NCBI RefSeq assembly: GCF_963921235.1
Contig: NC_086104.1
Coordinates: 81,778,001 to 81,842,000 of the forward strand
Length of the DNA: 64,000 nt
Direction: 5' to 3'
DNA from: Mobula hypostoma
Taxonomy: Eukaryota
Positions 39,116 to 51,600 of the stretch are shown one piece after another. Numbering within the stretch: the stretch's first letter is position 1; the number at the start of each line of letters is the position of its first letter. The notes beneath the pieces are model-generated. The model was not told where the DNA came from, did not search any database, and was given only the letters and a program-made list of their open reading frames with translations. Both the position numbers and the translations under genes were made by a program.

Positions 39116-40189
39116 ATTATTATTATTATGTTCCTTATCTGATTATGTTTTTTATTTGTTCTGCATGGGATAGAGAGTAACAATTATTTCATTACACATA
39201 TGGTGCCATTCTTGTAAATCTTCCCTGCTTTAAGATCATTTTTTATAACAGATTGACCAGAACTTTATAGAGTCCTCTGAGTGTGGTCGAAACAAGATTC
39301 AGCATAATTGATCTCATCTGCAATATTATCTTCTAGAAATACTCCATAGTGTTTATTTTGCTTTTTATACAGCTTTGTTAACTTATGGCACAATAGTTAG
39401 TGACTAGTGAATTAGTACCACAAGATTCTTTTGTTCTTTCAGTCCTAAACTTGCACTTCCCAAGTGGTAAGTGACATTGTTATTCTTCCTACCGTAATGT
39501 ACTGCCTTGGTATTTGTGTTGAATTGTCAATACTATCATCTCCCTACATTCTTTCTGTTATGGAGCAACTCATATCATTTAATGCCTGGATGAATCCACC
39601 CCCAGAAATCAATGTTTGAAAGTTGGGAGAAGAGGAGGAACCAGCATGAACCAGACAGTATGAAGACAGCATGCATATCCACCTAATTGTTCTGATCTTA
39701 CTTGCATTTAAGAATTCAGTATCTTAACCAAAAACAAAGAAGGAGCATCTTGACCACCTACAGTTAGTGAGCATGTGCTGCATACATTTTGAGTCATAGT
39801 AGATGTGAGAGCAGTTACGTTCAAAGCTTATGAGAGACGTCATGCCAGTATGCAACTGCTTGATTCCTCGCATGAGATGGGAGAACCATTGGCATGGCCA
39901 ACAGATATTAGCCATCAAAGTATCCCCTGAACTTAATAGCTTGTTTTTCAGAATCAACCACCCTTTGCAGTTGGGAATTGCACACAAGCTGGATTTCCTT
40001 CCCCAAAGACATTGGTCAATTAGATGGCTTCTCACAATATAGCAGTTGTTTCCCACTCATCATTATGATATCAGATTTTAAATTTAAGCTTTATATTTTT
40101 ATCATTCCCACCCCCCTCCCCCACTCTCCACTCCCTGCAGTAATCAATCTCTCAGTGGTTCCCTTGTCCATTCAGCCTTCCCCACTGAT

Positions 40190-41875
40190 ATCTCTTTTGG
40201 CTCATCCCAACAAACAGACAAGTGCTACACCTGCTCATTCACCTCCTCCCTCACTACCTTTCAGGGCCCCAGACAGTCCTTCCAGGTGAGGTAAAACTTC
40301 ACACACAAGTTTGTTCGTGTTTCCAGTGCAGTCTCTTCTACATCAGTGATACCCAACGTAGACTGGGGGACCACTTTGTCACACGCATTCACTCTTCCAT
40401 AACAGGTAAGATTTCCCAATAGCAGCCATTTTCATTCCACTCCACATTCCCTTTCCAACATGTCAGTCCATGGCCTCCTCTGCTGTCACAATGAGGCCTT
40501 CTCTCAGGCTTCAGGAACAACATCTCATATTCCATCTGGATAGCCTCCAACCTTATGGGATGAATATCAATTTCTCCAACTTCTGGTAATTTAATATTCA
40601 ACGTAACAAAACAACAATCTCTCACTCAATGTCAGCAAGACCCAGGAGCTGATTGTTGACTCAGGATGAGGTCCATGAACCAGTCCTCATCAGAGGATCA
40701 GAGGTAAAGAGTGTCAGCAACTTTGAATTCCTCGGTGTTAACATTTGAGAAGACCTGTCCTGGGCCCAGCATGTAAGTGCAATTACAAAGGCAGCATGAC
40801 AGCGCCCCTACTTCCTGAGGAGTTTGTGAAGATTAGGCATGATGTCTAAAACCTTGACAAATTTCTATAGATGTGTAGTGGAGGGTATATTGACTGGCTG
40901 CCTCACAGCTTGGTATGGGAACGCCAATGCTCTTGAATGGAAAATCCTACAAATAGTAATGGATATGGCTCAGTCTAGCACAGGCAAAGCCCTCCGCACC
41001 ATCGAGCACATCTACATTAAACACTGTTGCAGGAAAGCAGCATCCATCATCAGGGATCCCCACCATCCAGGATATGTTTTCTCCTTACTGCTGCCCTCAG
41101 GAAGAAGATACAGGAGCCTCAGGACTCAATCATCAGGCTCTTAAACCAAAGTGAATAACTTCGCTTCCTATTGTTGAAATGTTCCCACAACCAATGGACT
41201 CACTTTCAAGGATTCGTCATCTCATGTTCTCGATACTTATTGCTTATTTGAAATATTGTGGAATATTCATTATTTATTTATTATTATTATTTCTTTCTTT
41301 GTGTATTTGTATCGTTTGTTGTCTTTTGCACAATGGTTGAACACCCAAGTTGGTTCATCCATTCATTGATTCTGTTATGGTTATTATTTTATGGATTTAT
41401 TGCGTATGCCCACAAAAAATGAATCTCAGGGTTGTATATGGTGAAATATATGTACTTTGATAATAAATTTATGTTGAACTTTGAACTTCTCCTCTCTTCC
41501 CTTTTCTGGCTCCTCTACTCTTCTCTCACCTGCCCATCAAATCCCTCTGGTGTCCCTCCTCCTTCTTTTTGTCCCATGGTCCACTCTCCTCTCCTATCAG
41601 ATTCCTTCTTCTTCACCCCTTTATTTCTTCCACTTATCACCTCCCAGCTTCTAACTTCTTCCCCACGCCCCGCCCCACCCACTAACCTTCCCCCTCACCC
41701 GGCTTTATCTATCACCTTCCAGCTTGTACTCCTTCTCTTCCCTCCATTTTCTTATTCTGGCTTCTGTCCTCTTGCTTTCCAGTCCTGATAAAGGGTCTCA
41801 GCCCAAAATATCAACTCTGTATACTTTCCATGGATGCTGTCTGACCTGTTGAGTTCCTCCAGCATTTTTTGTGCT
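40190..41875 (+). mobile_element. Penelope fragment split by a Rex1 insertion
   Basis: CFQCSLFYISDTQRRLGDHF (GIY-YIG remnant) at ~40320-40380; resumes at ~41487 with a pyrimidine-rich region and a terminal repeat with a degenerate hammerhead at ~41781-41815. Confidence 0.8.
40597..41486 (+). mobile_element. Rex1/Babar LINE 3' fragment inside Penelope
   Basis: LTNFYRCVVEGILTGCLTAWYGN...LPSGRRYRSL; tail TTGAACTTTGAACTT. Confidence 0.85.
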
Positions 41876-42629
41876 TAAATTTGAAATTTGTTAATTTAGT
41901 CAAATCCACATCGACAACTGCCATTGTGGGATTTGAATTCTTGCTTTCAGCTCACAGGCATCTGTATTAAGAGTGCAGTGATACAAGCCAAACTTCCTAT
42001 TAAAACTGAATTTGTGGCCAAGCTGCTGCACAAGGTTCATGAACCAAGCTTGGAGACAATATCCCAGCTATTCTCACTGAGCAGAAGATCCAGCTGAGAG
42101 ACACAGATTCTCCGAGTACATAACCATCCTGCACTTCAGTGTTCCTCCTCTTTAACCACAACTAACTGTCCACATCTGTTCACTTTGCCTAACATTCTCA
42201 ATTCTATCAGCTGGATTCTCTAGGATGTGACCATTATGTTGACCCAACAGCAGTTGTCATAAGAGGTCAATGGTGACAGCACGTTCTTCAATGAATTGGA
42301 ATAAAGCCTCAGAAAGTTGGTTCGGGCACTGTTGCTGTTAAAAATACTTCATGTGACCTGTTGATTATTGTATGGTTACTTGTGTGTGACAGGAAGAAGA
42401 GTTAAGACGTGATATACAAGGATGGTACACATTCTGCACGAAGGGCAGCTCTTTCTATTGTGTTCCAGTTTGTGAAGGAACAGAAATAGTCCAATAGTGT
42501 GAGTAATGTGCTCAAACGAAAGCCCACAGTACATGGTAACCATCAGTGCACATTTACACTAACATTAAACATATCCTTTTTTTAAAAATTCTCCCCCCTT
42601 TCCCATCAGCTTCCCCAGATTTTACCATG

Positions 42630-42830
42630 CATCTATGCAAGAGGGGGAATTTGCAGTAACCAGTTGGCTTACCAACCTGCACACCTATGGGATGTGAGAA
42701 GAAACAAGAGCACCTCAAGGAAACCCACATAGTCACCGGGAGAATGAGCGCACTGTGCACAGACAGCACTGGAGGCTAGGAAAAAATTTGGATCACTGGA
42801 AATGTGAGGCAGCAGCTCTACCATATGCAT
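42630..42830 (-). mobile_element. Old V-SINE
   Basis: Degenerate V core (GGATGTGAGAAGAAACAAGAGCACCTCAAGGAAACCCACATAGTCAC). Confidence 0.7.
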
Positions 42831-44574
42831 CATGCAACTGAACTAGGTTCCAAAAATTGAGAGGATGCCAGCGTGCCGAGGTGCTCAGTTCTCAAAGCGG
42901 GCTTGTGCTCTACCAATGATTGGTGAAGACATGGAATTGCCTGAGAAGCTGTAAAGGAACAGCAGATAATGTGAAATAGGTTACATGCTTGACTCAATGT
43001 TTAGCAGACTTCACCTGGCACCCTCCATCCATCTCTATCCATTTTCCCAAATGGTGTAGGTGCTGCAGTATTCAGAGCTGCCACCTCCTGGGCAGACTTA
43101 CTATACGGCTATCCTCAGACAGGTGGCCCCAAATGGAAAAGAGAACAACTTTCTTGCATTCATCTTGTGCTGTCAAACCTACACTTTAATCAGCTCATCC
43201 AAGAAGGAAACTGGGTACTTCGGTGATCTGACACTTACCCATTTCCTGTCTTGTAGTTTGTTTCGCCATCCATTCCTTTACCTCCTACAGCTTTTGAAAT
43301 GACTGCAGAAGTTAAAAGGTCATCAGCAGCCTTTGGAGAGGCTGAAAAAGAATTTGTCCCCATACACAGCTGCTCACATTTAACTCACCATATCCCTTTA
43401 ATTTTCACACACAGCCCTTTGAAGACTAATGATATGCCAGATTTGCCAACCCACCCCCTTCTTTTGAGCTCTCAGCTCAATCAATGCTGGGAGCTTGCTC
43501 TTGTTGCTTGTGACCTCTTTGCATGTTTGCCTTGCCTGTAAAATCTATTCTTTAAAATTGTGCAAGAGATACAGTGTCCTTTGTCTGCTACTCTGGTGAA
43601 AATGGAATATGAAAATCGAGTGTTTCCTGCTGTAAGAGGCAAATTTGTGCAGACACAATGACATTCTATGGGGAGGGGGTGGAGATAAGCACTTTGTCCA
43701 TATTTGTCCTTTAGCTACAGTACCACCTGAATCCATCCTTGCATACATGAAAGGGAAAATAGTCATTTTCATATGATCCGCAAACCTTAAGAAGTCAGGA
43801 AAGTTCTGCATTCATTTGCCTTACTCTTTAAATAACACAACACATAATGATATCCTATTTCAGAAACCTCACAGTGTTTTCTATTCAAAGGCAGGAAGTA
43901 CAAGCGAATAGCTGGAGCACTATAATTACTGAGCATAAGATATGAACTACAGGGTATGAAAATAAATTAGATAGATGAATTGTCAGAGCAAGAGGTGGAC
44001 TGATAAACCTTATTTAATACACTAATTCTGTGTGTTTATGTCTTTTTAAACTGATAGGTTATGATAACTTTCTAATGTTCAGGATGGCATATTTGGCTTC
44101 CAATTTCTGTTTGATGCATAGTCTACAGTATGGGAACATAATCGTCACATGGTGAATATCAAATACCACACGACTCATACCGTCAATCTTATATCAGGCT
44201 TTTGGATGTCATTCATGTTTCTAAAATATTAATTTACAGCTGGCTTTTAGCCTTTCCGGAATGTTTGGAAAAATTGGTGCACTCTTGCCAAGAGGTGATT
44301 AGGTAGCTAAGCTGATTTTCTAAATTGGTGCAAATAGCTACCTAAACTACCAAAGATACATTTCTTTTACAGATAGACACTGCAAAAGTTCAGGCAAATT
44401 CCTAGCCAATACTGCAAGTGATTAAATCCTTAGCTCTCATGCAGTTACTCTCAGCTCTTCATATCCAGCTCTTTATCAGTTTGTCAATCAGCTTGTTCCA
44501 CTCTCAGTTGAAGAGTTTATTAAGTTGGGGAAAGTAGAAAATAAAACGCTGATGCAGTTGGAGTGATAAAATAA

Positions 44575-45322
44575 TCTAATTGATGCATTTGGTCGGTAAG
44601 ACCAAAGAACTGATTATGGAAAGGGTAAGGTGAGGGAACACAAATAGAGGGATCAGAAGTGGAAGAGTGAGCAATTTCAAGTTCCTGGATGTCAGCATCT
44701 CTGAGGATCTACCCTGGGCCCAATATATCAATGCAGTTACAAAGAAGGCACAACAGCTGCTATATTTCATAAGGAGTTTGAGGAGATTTGGTATGTCACC
44801 AAAGACACTCGCAAATTTCTACTGATGTACCATGAAGAGCATTCTAACAGGCTGCATCACCATCTGGTGTCGGGGGGAGGGCTGCTGCAAAAGATCGAAA
44901 TAAGCTGCAGAGAGTTGTAAACTTTGTCAGCTCTGTCGTGGGCACTAGCCTCCATAGTATGCAGGACATCTTCAAGGAGTGATGTCTCAGAAAGGCAACT
45001 CCATCATTCAGGACCCCCATCACACAGGGTGTGCCCCGATCTCATTGGTACCATCAGGAAGGAGGTACAGGAGCGTGAAGGCACACACTCAACAATTCAA
45101 GAAGAGTTTCTTCCCCTCTGCTATCTGATTTCCGAATGGACATTGAATCCATGAACACTATTTCACTACTTTGCTTAACTACTTATTTAATTTAACTATT
45201 TAATATAGAATATATTTAATTGAGATTTTTTAATCTATTATTATGTCCTGCATTGTACTGCTGCCGCAAAGACACATTCTCAACATACGCTGGTGATATT
45301 AGACTTGATTCTGATTCTGATT
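44575..45322 (+). mobile_element. Rex1/Babar LINE 3' fragment
   Basis: KTKELI...FKFLDVSISEDLPWAQ homology; (GATTCT)n tail. Confidence 0.82.
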
Positions 45323-45454
45323 CATATATTAGTTGCTTTCCAAGAGTTTTGTCTAGGAGAACTGGTGACCAATACAACACTTGCTACTCAACTCTTTATA
45401 GCAATAGTAATAAAATAATAATAAAACCCAATAATAACAATAATAAAACTGATA

Positions 45455-45744
45455 CACGCAAACACAAAGAAATCTGCAGATGCTGGAAATTCAAGCAACA
45501 CACTCAAAATGCTGGTGGAACGCAGCAGGCCAGGCAGTATCTCTAGGAAGAAGTACAGTCGACGTTTCAGGCCGAGACCCTTCATCAGGACTAACTGAAA
45601 GAAGAGATGGTAAGAGATTTGAAAGTGGGAGGGGGAGGGGGAGATCCAAAATGATAGGAGCAGACAGGAGGGGGAGGGATGAAATTAAGAGCTGGAAAGT
45701 TGATTGGCGAAAGGGATACAAAGCTAGAGAAGAGGGAGGCTGAT
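45455..45744 (-). mobile_element. Penelope 3'-end fragment (young)
   Basis: Well-preserved terminal repeat; 12-bp TSD ATAAAACTGATA at 45443-45454 and 45745-45756. Confidence 0.88.
45557..45592 (-). ncRNA. Minimal type I hammerhead ribozyme motif in Penelope terminal repeat
   Basis: Minus strand AGTC-CTGATGA-AGGGTCTCGGCCT-GAAA-CG-TC^-GACT: conserved core, stem I AGTC/GACT, stem II AGG/CCT, palindromic ACGT in place of stem III. Confidence 0.8.
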
Positions 45745-45874
45745 ATAAAACTGATATAACATTTTTGATCACTGTTCTCTTCATCTTCCAGTTCAGATTA
45801 TAGAAAGGAAGCTTCCTCTTCATATTCGGATTATGCACATTGCAAAATTCAGTGACAAACCACAAACAGAAGCA

Positions 45875-46310
45875 CACGAGAAACGTTGCAAACTTAGCCA
45901 GCTCCACCATGGACATTAGCCTCACCAGCATCGAGAATACCCTCTGAAGACATTGCGTCAAAAAGGTGACATCCCATCTTTAAGGACCCCCATCATCCAG
46001 AACATGCCCTCACCTCATATCTGCCATCAAGGAGGATGTACAGGAGCCTGAAAACACAAACTCAACGTTTTAGGAATAGCTTCTTCCCCTCAGCAGATTT
46101 CTGAATGGACAATGAAATCATGTACACTACATCATTATTTTCTCTTTATTTTCCTGCTCTCTTTTTGCAGTACCTATTTAATTTAATCTGTTATACATAT
46201 ATTTCTTATTGTAATTTATAGTTTTTATTTCATTATTATGTATTGCGTTGTACGGCTGCTGCAAAACAACAAATTTCACAACATATGCCGGTGATATTAA
46301 ATCTGATTCT
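45875..46310 (+). mobile_element. Rex1/Babar LINE 3' fragment
   Basis: KDPHHPEHAL...RSLKT...FRNSFFP; its (GATTCT)n tail is split by a CR1 insertion. Confidence 0.78.
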
Positions 46311-46825
46311 AAAACATAAAAACATAGAAAATAGATGCAGGAGTAGGCCATTCGGCCCTTCGAGCCTGCACCGCCATTCAGTATGATCATGGCTGATCAT
46401 CCAACTCAGAACCCTGTACCAGCCTTCCCTCCATACCCCCGATCCCTTTAGCCACAAGGGCCATATCTAACTCCCTCTTTCATATAGCCAATGAACTGGC
46501 CTCAACTGTTTCCTGTGGCAGAGAATTCCACAGATTCACCACTCTCTGTGTGAAGAAGTTTTTTCTCATCTCGGTCTTAAAAGGCTTCCCCTTTATCCTC
46601 AAACTGTGACCCCTCGTTCTGGACTTCCCCAACATCGGGAACAATCTTCCTACATCTAGCCTGTCCAATCCCTTTAGGATTTTATACATTTCAATAAGAT
46701 CCCCCCTCAATCTTCTAAATTCCAATGAATATAAGCCTAGTCGATCCAGTCTTTCATCATATGAAAGTCCTGCCATCCCAGGAATCAATCTGGTGAACCT
46801 TCTTTGTACTCCCTCTATGGCAAGG
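46311..46825 (-). mobile_element. Young CR1 LINE 3' fragment
   Basis: Open frame MIPGMAGLSYDERLDRLGLYSLEFRRLRGDLIE...TRGHSLRI...FFTQRVVNLWNSLP; 3' tail at 46311; flanked by GATTCT repeats. Confidence 0.92.
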
Positions 46826-47084
46826 ATTCTGATTCTGAGTTCCTCCTAAATGTCCTAAAACTGTGATGGTGTTGGGTTTGCTGTCCGCAACGTTCTGCAC
46901 TGAGATGAAGATCTTAAGCCCTATCGAATATAGATAGCTATGGGTACCCTCACTAAAGGGAGGTTATACTGTAGCCACCTACTCTTCCCTGTTTATGCTC
47001 TACCAATACCCATTATTTGAGCACTGGGTCTTCCCTCCGTAATAAGCAGAAGATACTTCTGGTTAGTGAATTAGTTTAAACACA

Positions 47085-47227
47085 AACAACAGGAATTCTG
47101 CAGATGCTGGAAATTCAAGCAACATACATCAAAGTTGCTGGTGAACGCAGCAGGCCAGGCAGCATCTATAGGATATTCCTATAGATGCTGCCTGGCCTGC
47201 TGCGTTCACCAGCAACTTTGATGTATG
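47085..47227. mobile_element. Fold-back Penelope-end insertion with a perfect hairpin
   Basis: 53-bp perfect inverted arms (47121-47173, 47177-47229) around a TAT loop; 14-bp direct repeat TTAGTTTAAACACA at 47071-47084 and 47228-47241. Confidence 0.9.
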
Positions 47228-47433
47228 TTAGTTTAAACACAGTTCATTTATTTTTAGTATTTCATGTTTAAATTTAGATACCATTCTTAAAACACATTTA
47301 AAAACAGAGGTTTTCTATCTTTTAAAAGATTTCCAAATTACAAACAATTTCTAAAACACAAAGGATTTCCAAAACACAGGTACATTCTTATAAGCCAAAA
47401 ATACGTACCAAATAGTTCCAGACAAAAAAGGAT

Positions 47434-48615
47434 CAGAATCAGAATCTGTTTTAATATCACTGGCTTATGTTGTGAAAGTTGCTGTTTGCAGCAGCAGTAG
47501 ATTGCAATACATAATAATAAAAATTATAAATTGCAATTATAGATTAGATTATGAGGACACTCAATCCTTGTTTATTGTCATTTAGAAATGCATCATTAAA
47601 AAATGATACAATGTTCCTCCAGAAAGATATCACAGAAACACAGGACAAACCAAGACTAAAACTGACAAAACCACATAATTATAACATATAGTTACAACAG
47701 TGCAAAGCAGTACCGTAATTTGATAAAGAGCAGACCATGGGCACGGTAAAAAAAAGTCTCAAGTTCCGATAGCCTCATCATCTCACACAGACGGTAGAAG
47801 GGAGAAACTCTCCCTGCCATGAACTCCAAGCACCGCAAACTTGCCGATGCATTGGAAGCACCCGACCGCAGCCGACTCTGAGTCCGTCGGAAAACTTTGA
47901 GCCTCCAATCAGCCCTCCGACACCGAGCACCGAGCATCATCTTTGCCGAGCGCTTCGACCCCACCTCGGCCACCAAGCAACAAGCAAAGCTGAGGACTCG
48001 GGGTCTTCCCCTCCGGAGATTCTGAATCACACAGTAGCAGCAGCAGCGAAGCAGGCATTTCAGAAGTTTCACCAGATGTTCCTCTGTGCTCTCACGTCTG
48101 CCTCCATCAAATCAGGATTGTGCACGGCACCCTACTTGACAAATAACAGATATCATTCACCGGAGTGGCTGCTTCAAGCTGCGTTTCACCGCCATCTTCT
48201 CCTCCCGTGCCTCCCTTATACATATATTAAATAAGTCTTGCAAAAGGAGAGAAGAAAAAGAAGTTTAAAAAAAAGTGAGGTAGTGTTCATCGGTTCATTG
48301 TCCATTCAGAAATCTGCTGATGGAGGGGAAGAAGCTGTTCCTAAGATATTGAGTGTGTGTATTTAGGCTTCTGTACCTCCTGCTTGAAGGAAGCAATGAG
48401 AAGAGGGCATGTCCTAGATGATGGAGATCCTTAATGATGGATGCCACCTTTTTGAGGCAAGGCCTTTTTAAGATGTCCTCAATGCTGGGGAGGCGAGTGC
48501 CCACGTTACAGCTGGCTGAGATTTCAACTTCCTGCAGCTTTTTATGATCCTGTACAGTGGTCCCTCCAAACAGACAGTGATGCAACCAGTTAGAATGCTC
48601 CTTGTGGTACATCTT
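47434..48615 (-). mobile_element. Rex1/Babar LINE 3' fragment (host of a family A copy)
   Basis: CLKKVASIIKDLHHLGHALFSLLPSSRRYRSL; (GATTCT)n tail at 47434. Confidence 0.85.
47542..48215 (-). mobile_element. Non-autonomous retroposon family A, copy inside a Rex1 3' UTR
   Basis: Homologous to the other family A copies; TSD TTATA (47537-47541, 48216-48220). Confidence 0.88.
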
Positions 48616-51600
48616 CAGTTGTGTGTTGCAGAAACCGAAGACAGAGGAATGAATTCAAGGAACTCTGTCTTTCTGTCATTCTTCTTATCATTCCCTGACC
48701 ATTCGTAAAAATGTTAGAGACTGCTCTCACTAACATTTATACTGTCTTTTTATTACTTGATGACTTCACATACATGGGGATTTTTTCACATACCTTTGCA
48801 GGGAAATTCACACAGATTGTCCAAAAACTTCTGGGGACAGGCACTCAAAACTAATGATGTTAGGGCTGACTCTCTGAGCACACAGATCTCCCAAGTATTG
48901 ATTAGATCAGCTATTTGATGTGCTAAGTGATGGTATAAGTCCGGTCTTCAAGTTTCCTTGAACTAAATAACTTCACCAGTGTGTCCAGTTGGATGCAGGT
49001 CTGATTAACATAAGCCCATTGTCTTACTCTGCATCTCTTGATCAGCCAGCCCCACGCTGAGGGTCAGAAGACTGTGTCTCTGACAAGAAGCTGAACAAGG
49101 AACATTGGTTGGGAATTTAACTTACTCAAAAACATCACTGAAAGAGTCAGCAGCTGTGTTCGAAAGCTAAGCTAGGAAAAAAGACCACCTGGGTCCTGGA
49201 CAATGGATATCCATCACAAACCATGGGACAGTATTTGATAGATTGTGGCATGGTCTGATCAATTGGATCTCTTACAGCATTAGAAGCTTTCACTTGTAGC
49301 TAGATTATTGATACCAGTTATCAGTCATGACTCTGCATTTCTGATGTACTGACCTGATTTGATTAAGGGTAGCATCAAGAGCACAAGCTTCCCTTCAAAA
49401 GAATTAACACAGATACGTGTGGTGTACTGAGGACTGGTGCCAATAACAAATTGTACATTTTTCTATTGAGAATGTAACACTAGTTTTGGATAGCATATCG
49501 TGCAATATCTGTAAAGCCTCTTGATCTCTCATGTTGAGAATATTCTGTTAGAATACACGTGTCAAACTTCCATAAAATTACCCAGAACTTGCAATACAGA
49601 AACAGGTCATTCATCCCAGTTGGTTGATGCTAGACCTTATAGTCCACAGAATGAGCTGTCACACATTTCATTTAATTTTTAATTCCTCTCCCACTTCTGT
49701 TTTTTAAGCTTTGTAAAATACTGTATAACTCTGTAACTGTGTGAATTTTCATTGCATTGTGGACTTTGGACAAAGTGCCAGTAATGGGATTAGTACAGAT
49801 ACATACTTAGCCATATATTATATGACTTTATGACTTTACCAATGCTGTTCACATCAATTATTCCTAGTTTTAGCAAGTTATACATTTGTATCAGTTTTTG
49901 TGCTAAAGGTTTCAATTGCATTCCTATTTGACTTATTAGTAATAATCTTACTAATAGGTCCGAGTATTGGTCCCCTTTGGACATGGATCTATCTTCTCCT
50001 TATCTCCCCATTCTCAGGTTACTTTTTAACCTTACCCCAGGGAAAACAACCTGGTATTTTTATTCCAAATCAGTCAATGTCATAATCCAGGCTCCCATCG
50101 ACCTCAATTCCACCACCACCACCCCTGACTTTATTTCCGTTGACGATACTATTATCATGCTTGTCCAACAAGTCTTGGAATGACAAGAACTAAGTCCACA
50201 GGAGGTATTACAGCAAGCTGGGTTCTGTCTTCACCTAATATCCACACACAAGCACTTCTGTGCAAAGTTGTTGGATGACTATCAGGAATTCTGGCTTTTT
50301 TTTTCCCCTCTCTCTGTGGTTCAACACTGCACCACAGCTGTATTCAATCATCAGAACTTCAGTCAAACCCAAATGTGGCTCTCACGGTGATTACAAATGG
50401 AGAAGGAATTGTCTGCTTTACTTGGAACTATTTGTTTCAAAGAGTGGATTTTTTATTTGCAGATAACTATAGAAAGACTCTGAACTGCTTGAATACCTGA
50501 CCACACCTGTAAGGGAAATTTTAATGTTTCATTATTTATGTAAAATGAGTAACTCTCCAGAATGACATCTGCTAATCTACGTATGTAATTATGTGATTTT
50601 CCGAAACAATGTCAAAGCATACCACAAATAATCACAGCCTAATTTTTTAAAAAAACACCCAATAGCACTTGAGGTTCAATTTGTTTTGATACTTGATGTG
50701 TTGATTCTTATTACATACTAAGGTAAAAATGAAATGCTGCTGCTAAAACTAATTAAAAGATGCAGTTGTCGTAATGACAGGTGCTGTTAACAGCTTCTAA
50801 ATTATCAGAGGCTATGATTTTTGGTCCTGGGTATGTAATGATAGAATGTTGGTAGACCTCACACCCCTTAATGGCATTCAGAGAGCACTTACCACCATAG
50901 CCCTTCATCTGAAAGTGGTTGCCAAAATAAGGTTGACATACAAGGCACTGCTTGTTGACTGAGTAATTTGTAATTGGTTTTACTGAACTGTGAGGTTTAC
51001 TTTTATCTGGTGTTTTCCCACATCTGAGCAATCATCAGGAAACAGGAGAGAAAAAAAATCTTGTTTGTCTAATGTGGCCACAGGTTCTGTTCTCTTTTCT
51101 TATATACACAAGCTAAGTGTTAAGAGAGGGCTGTTAATTTTCTCATTGCAACCAAAGAACAGGAACACATAACAAACTTCTTTCTGACTTCATTTAAGGT
51201 GACAAGTTGGTGAAATATGGTGTGAGATCATTATATGACTGTGTGTTTAAAAAAAACTTGATGGGAAGAAACAGCAACTTAGCATAGAAGCAGCACAGAA
51301 CCTTAACATTTTCAATTCAAGGGTAGCTAGTTAGTCATTAGGAATAACTACATCTTTATTCTTGGAAAACCCAGAGGTTTGATTCAATGAATAACATTTC
51401 CACCTGTATAAACCACAGGAAAATATGTTTGAAGCAGATCTTTCTCCTCAAAATCATCGAAACTACTGTCATTTGTATTTTTTATAATTGTAAATTTGAA
51501 GATGGAACAAGTTCTTAAGTTGGCCTCCCCATGCAGAATCCCCCAGCTCCACGCTGGTAGCTTTGGTTATGACCTTGAGGTATGGTGGTAACTGGCAATA

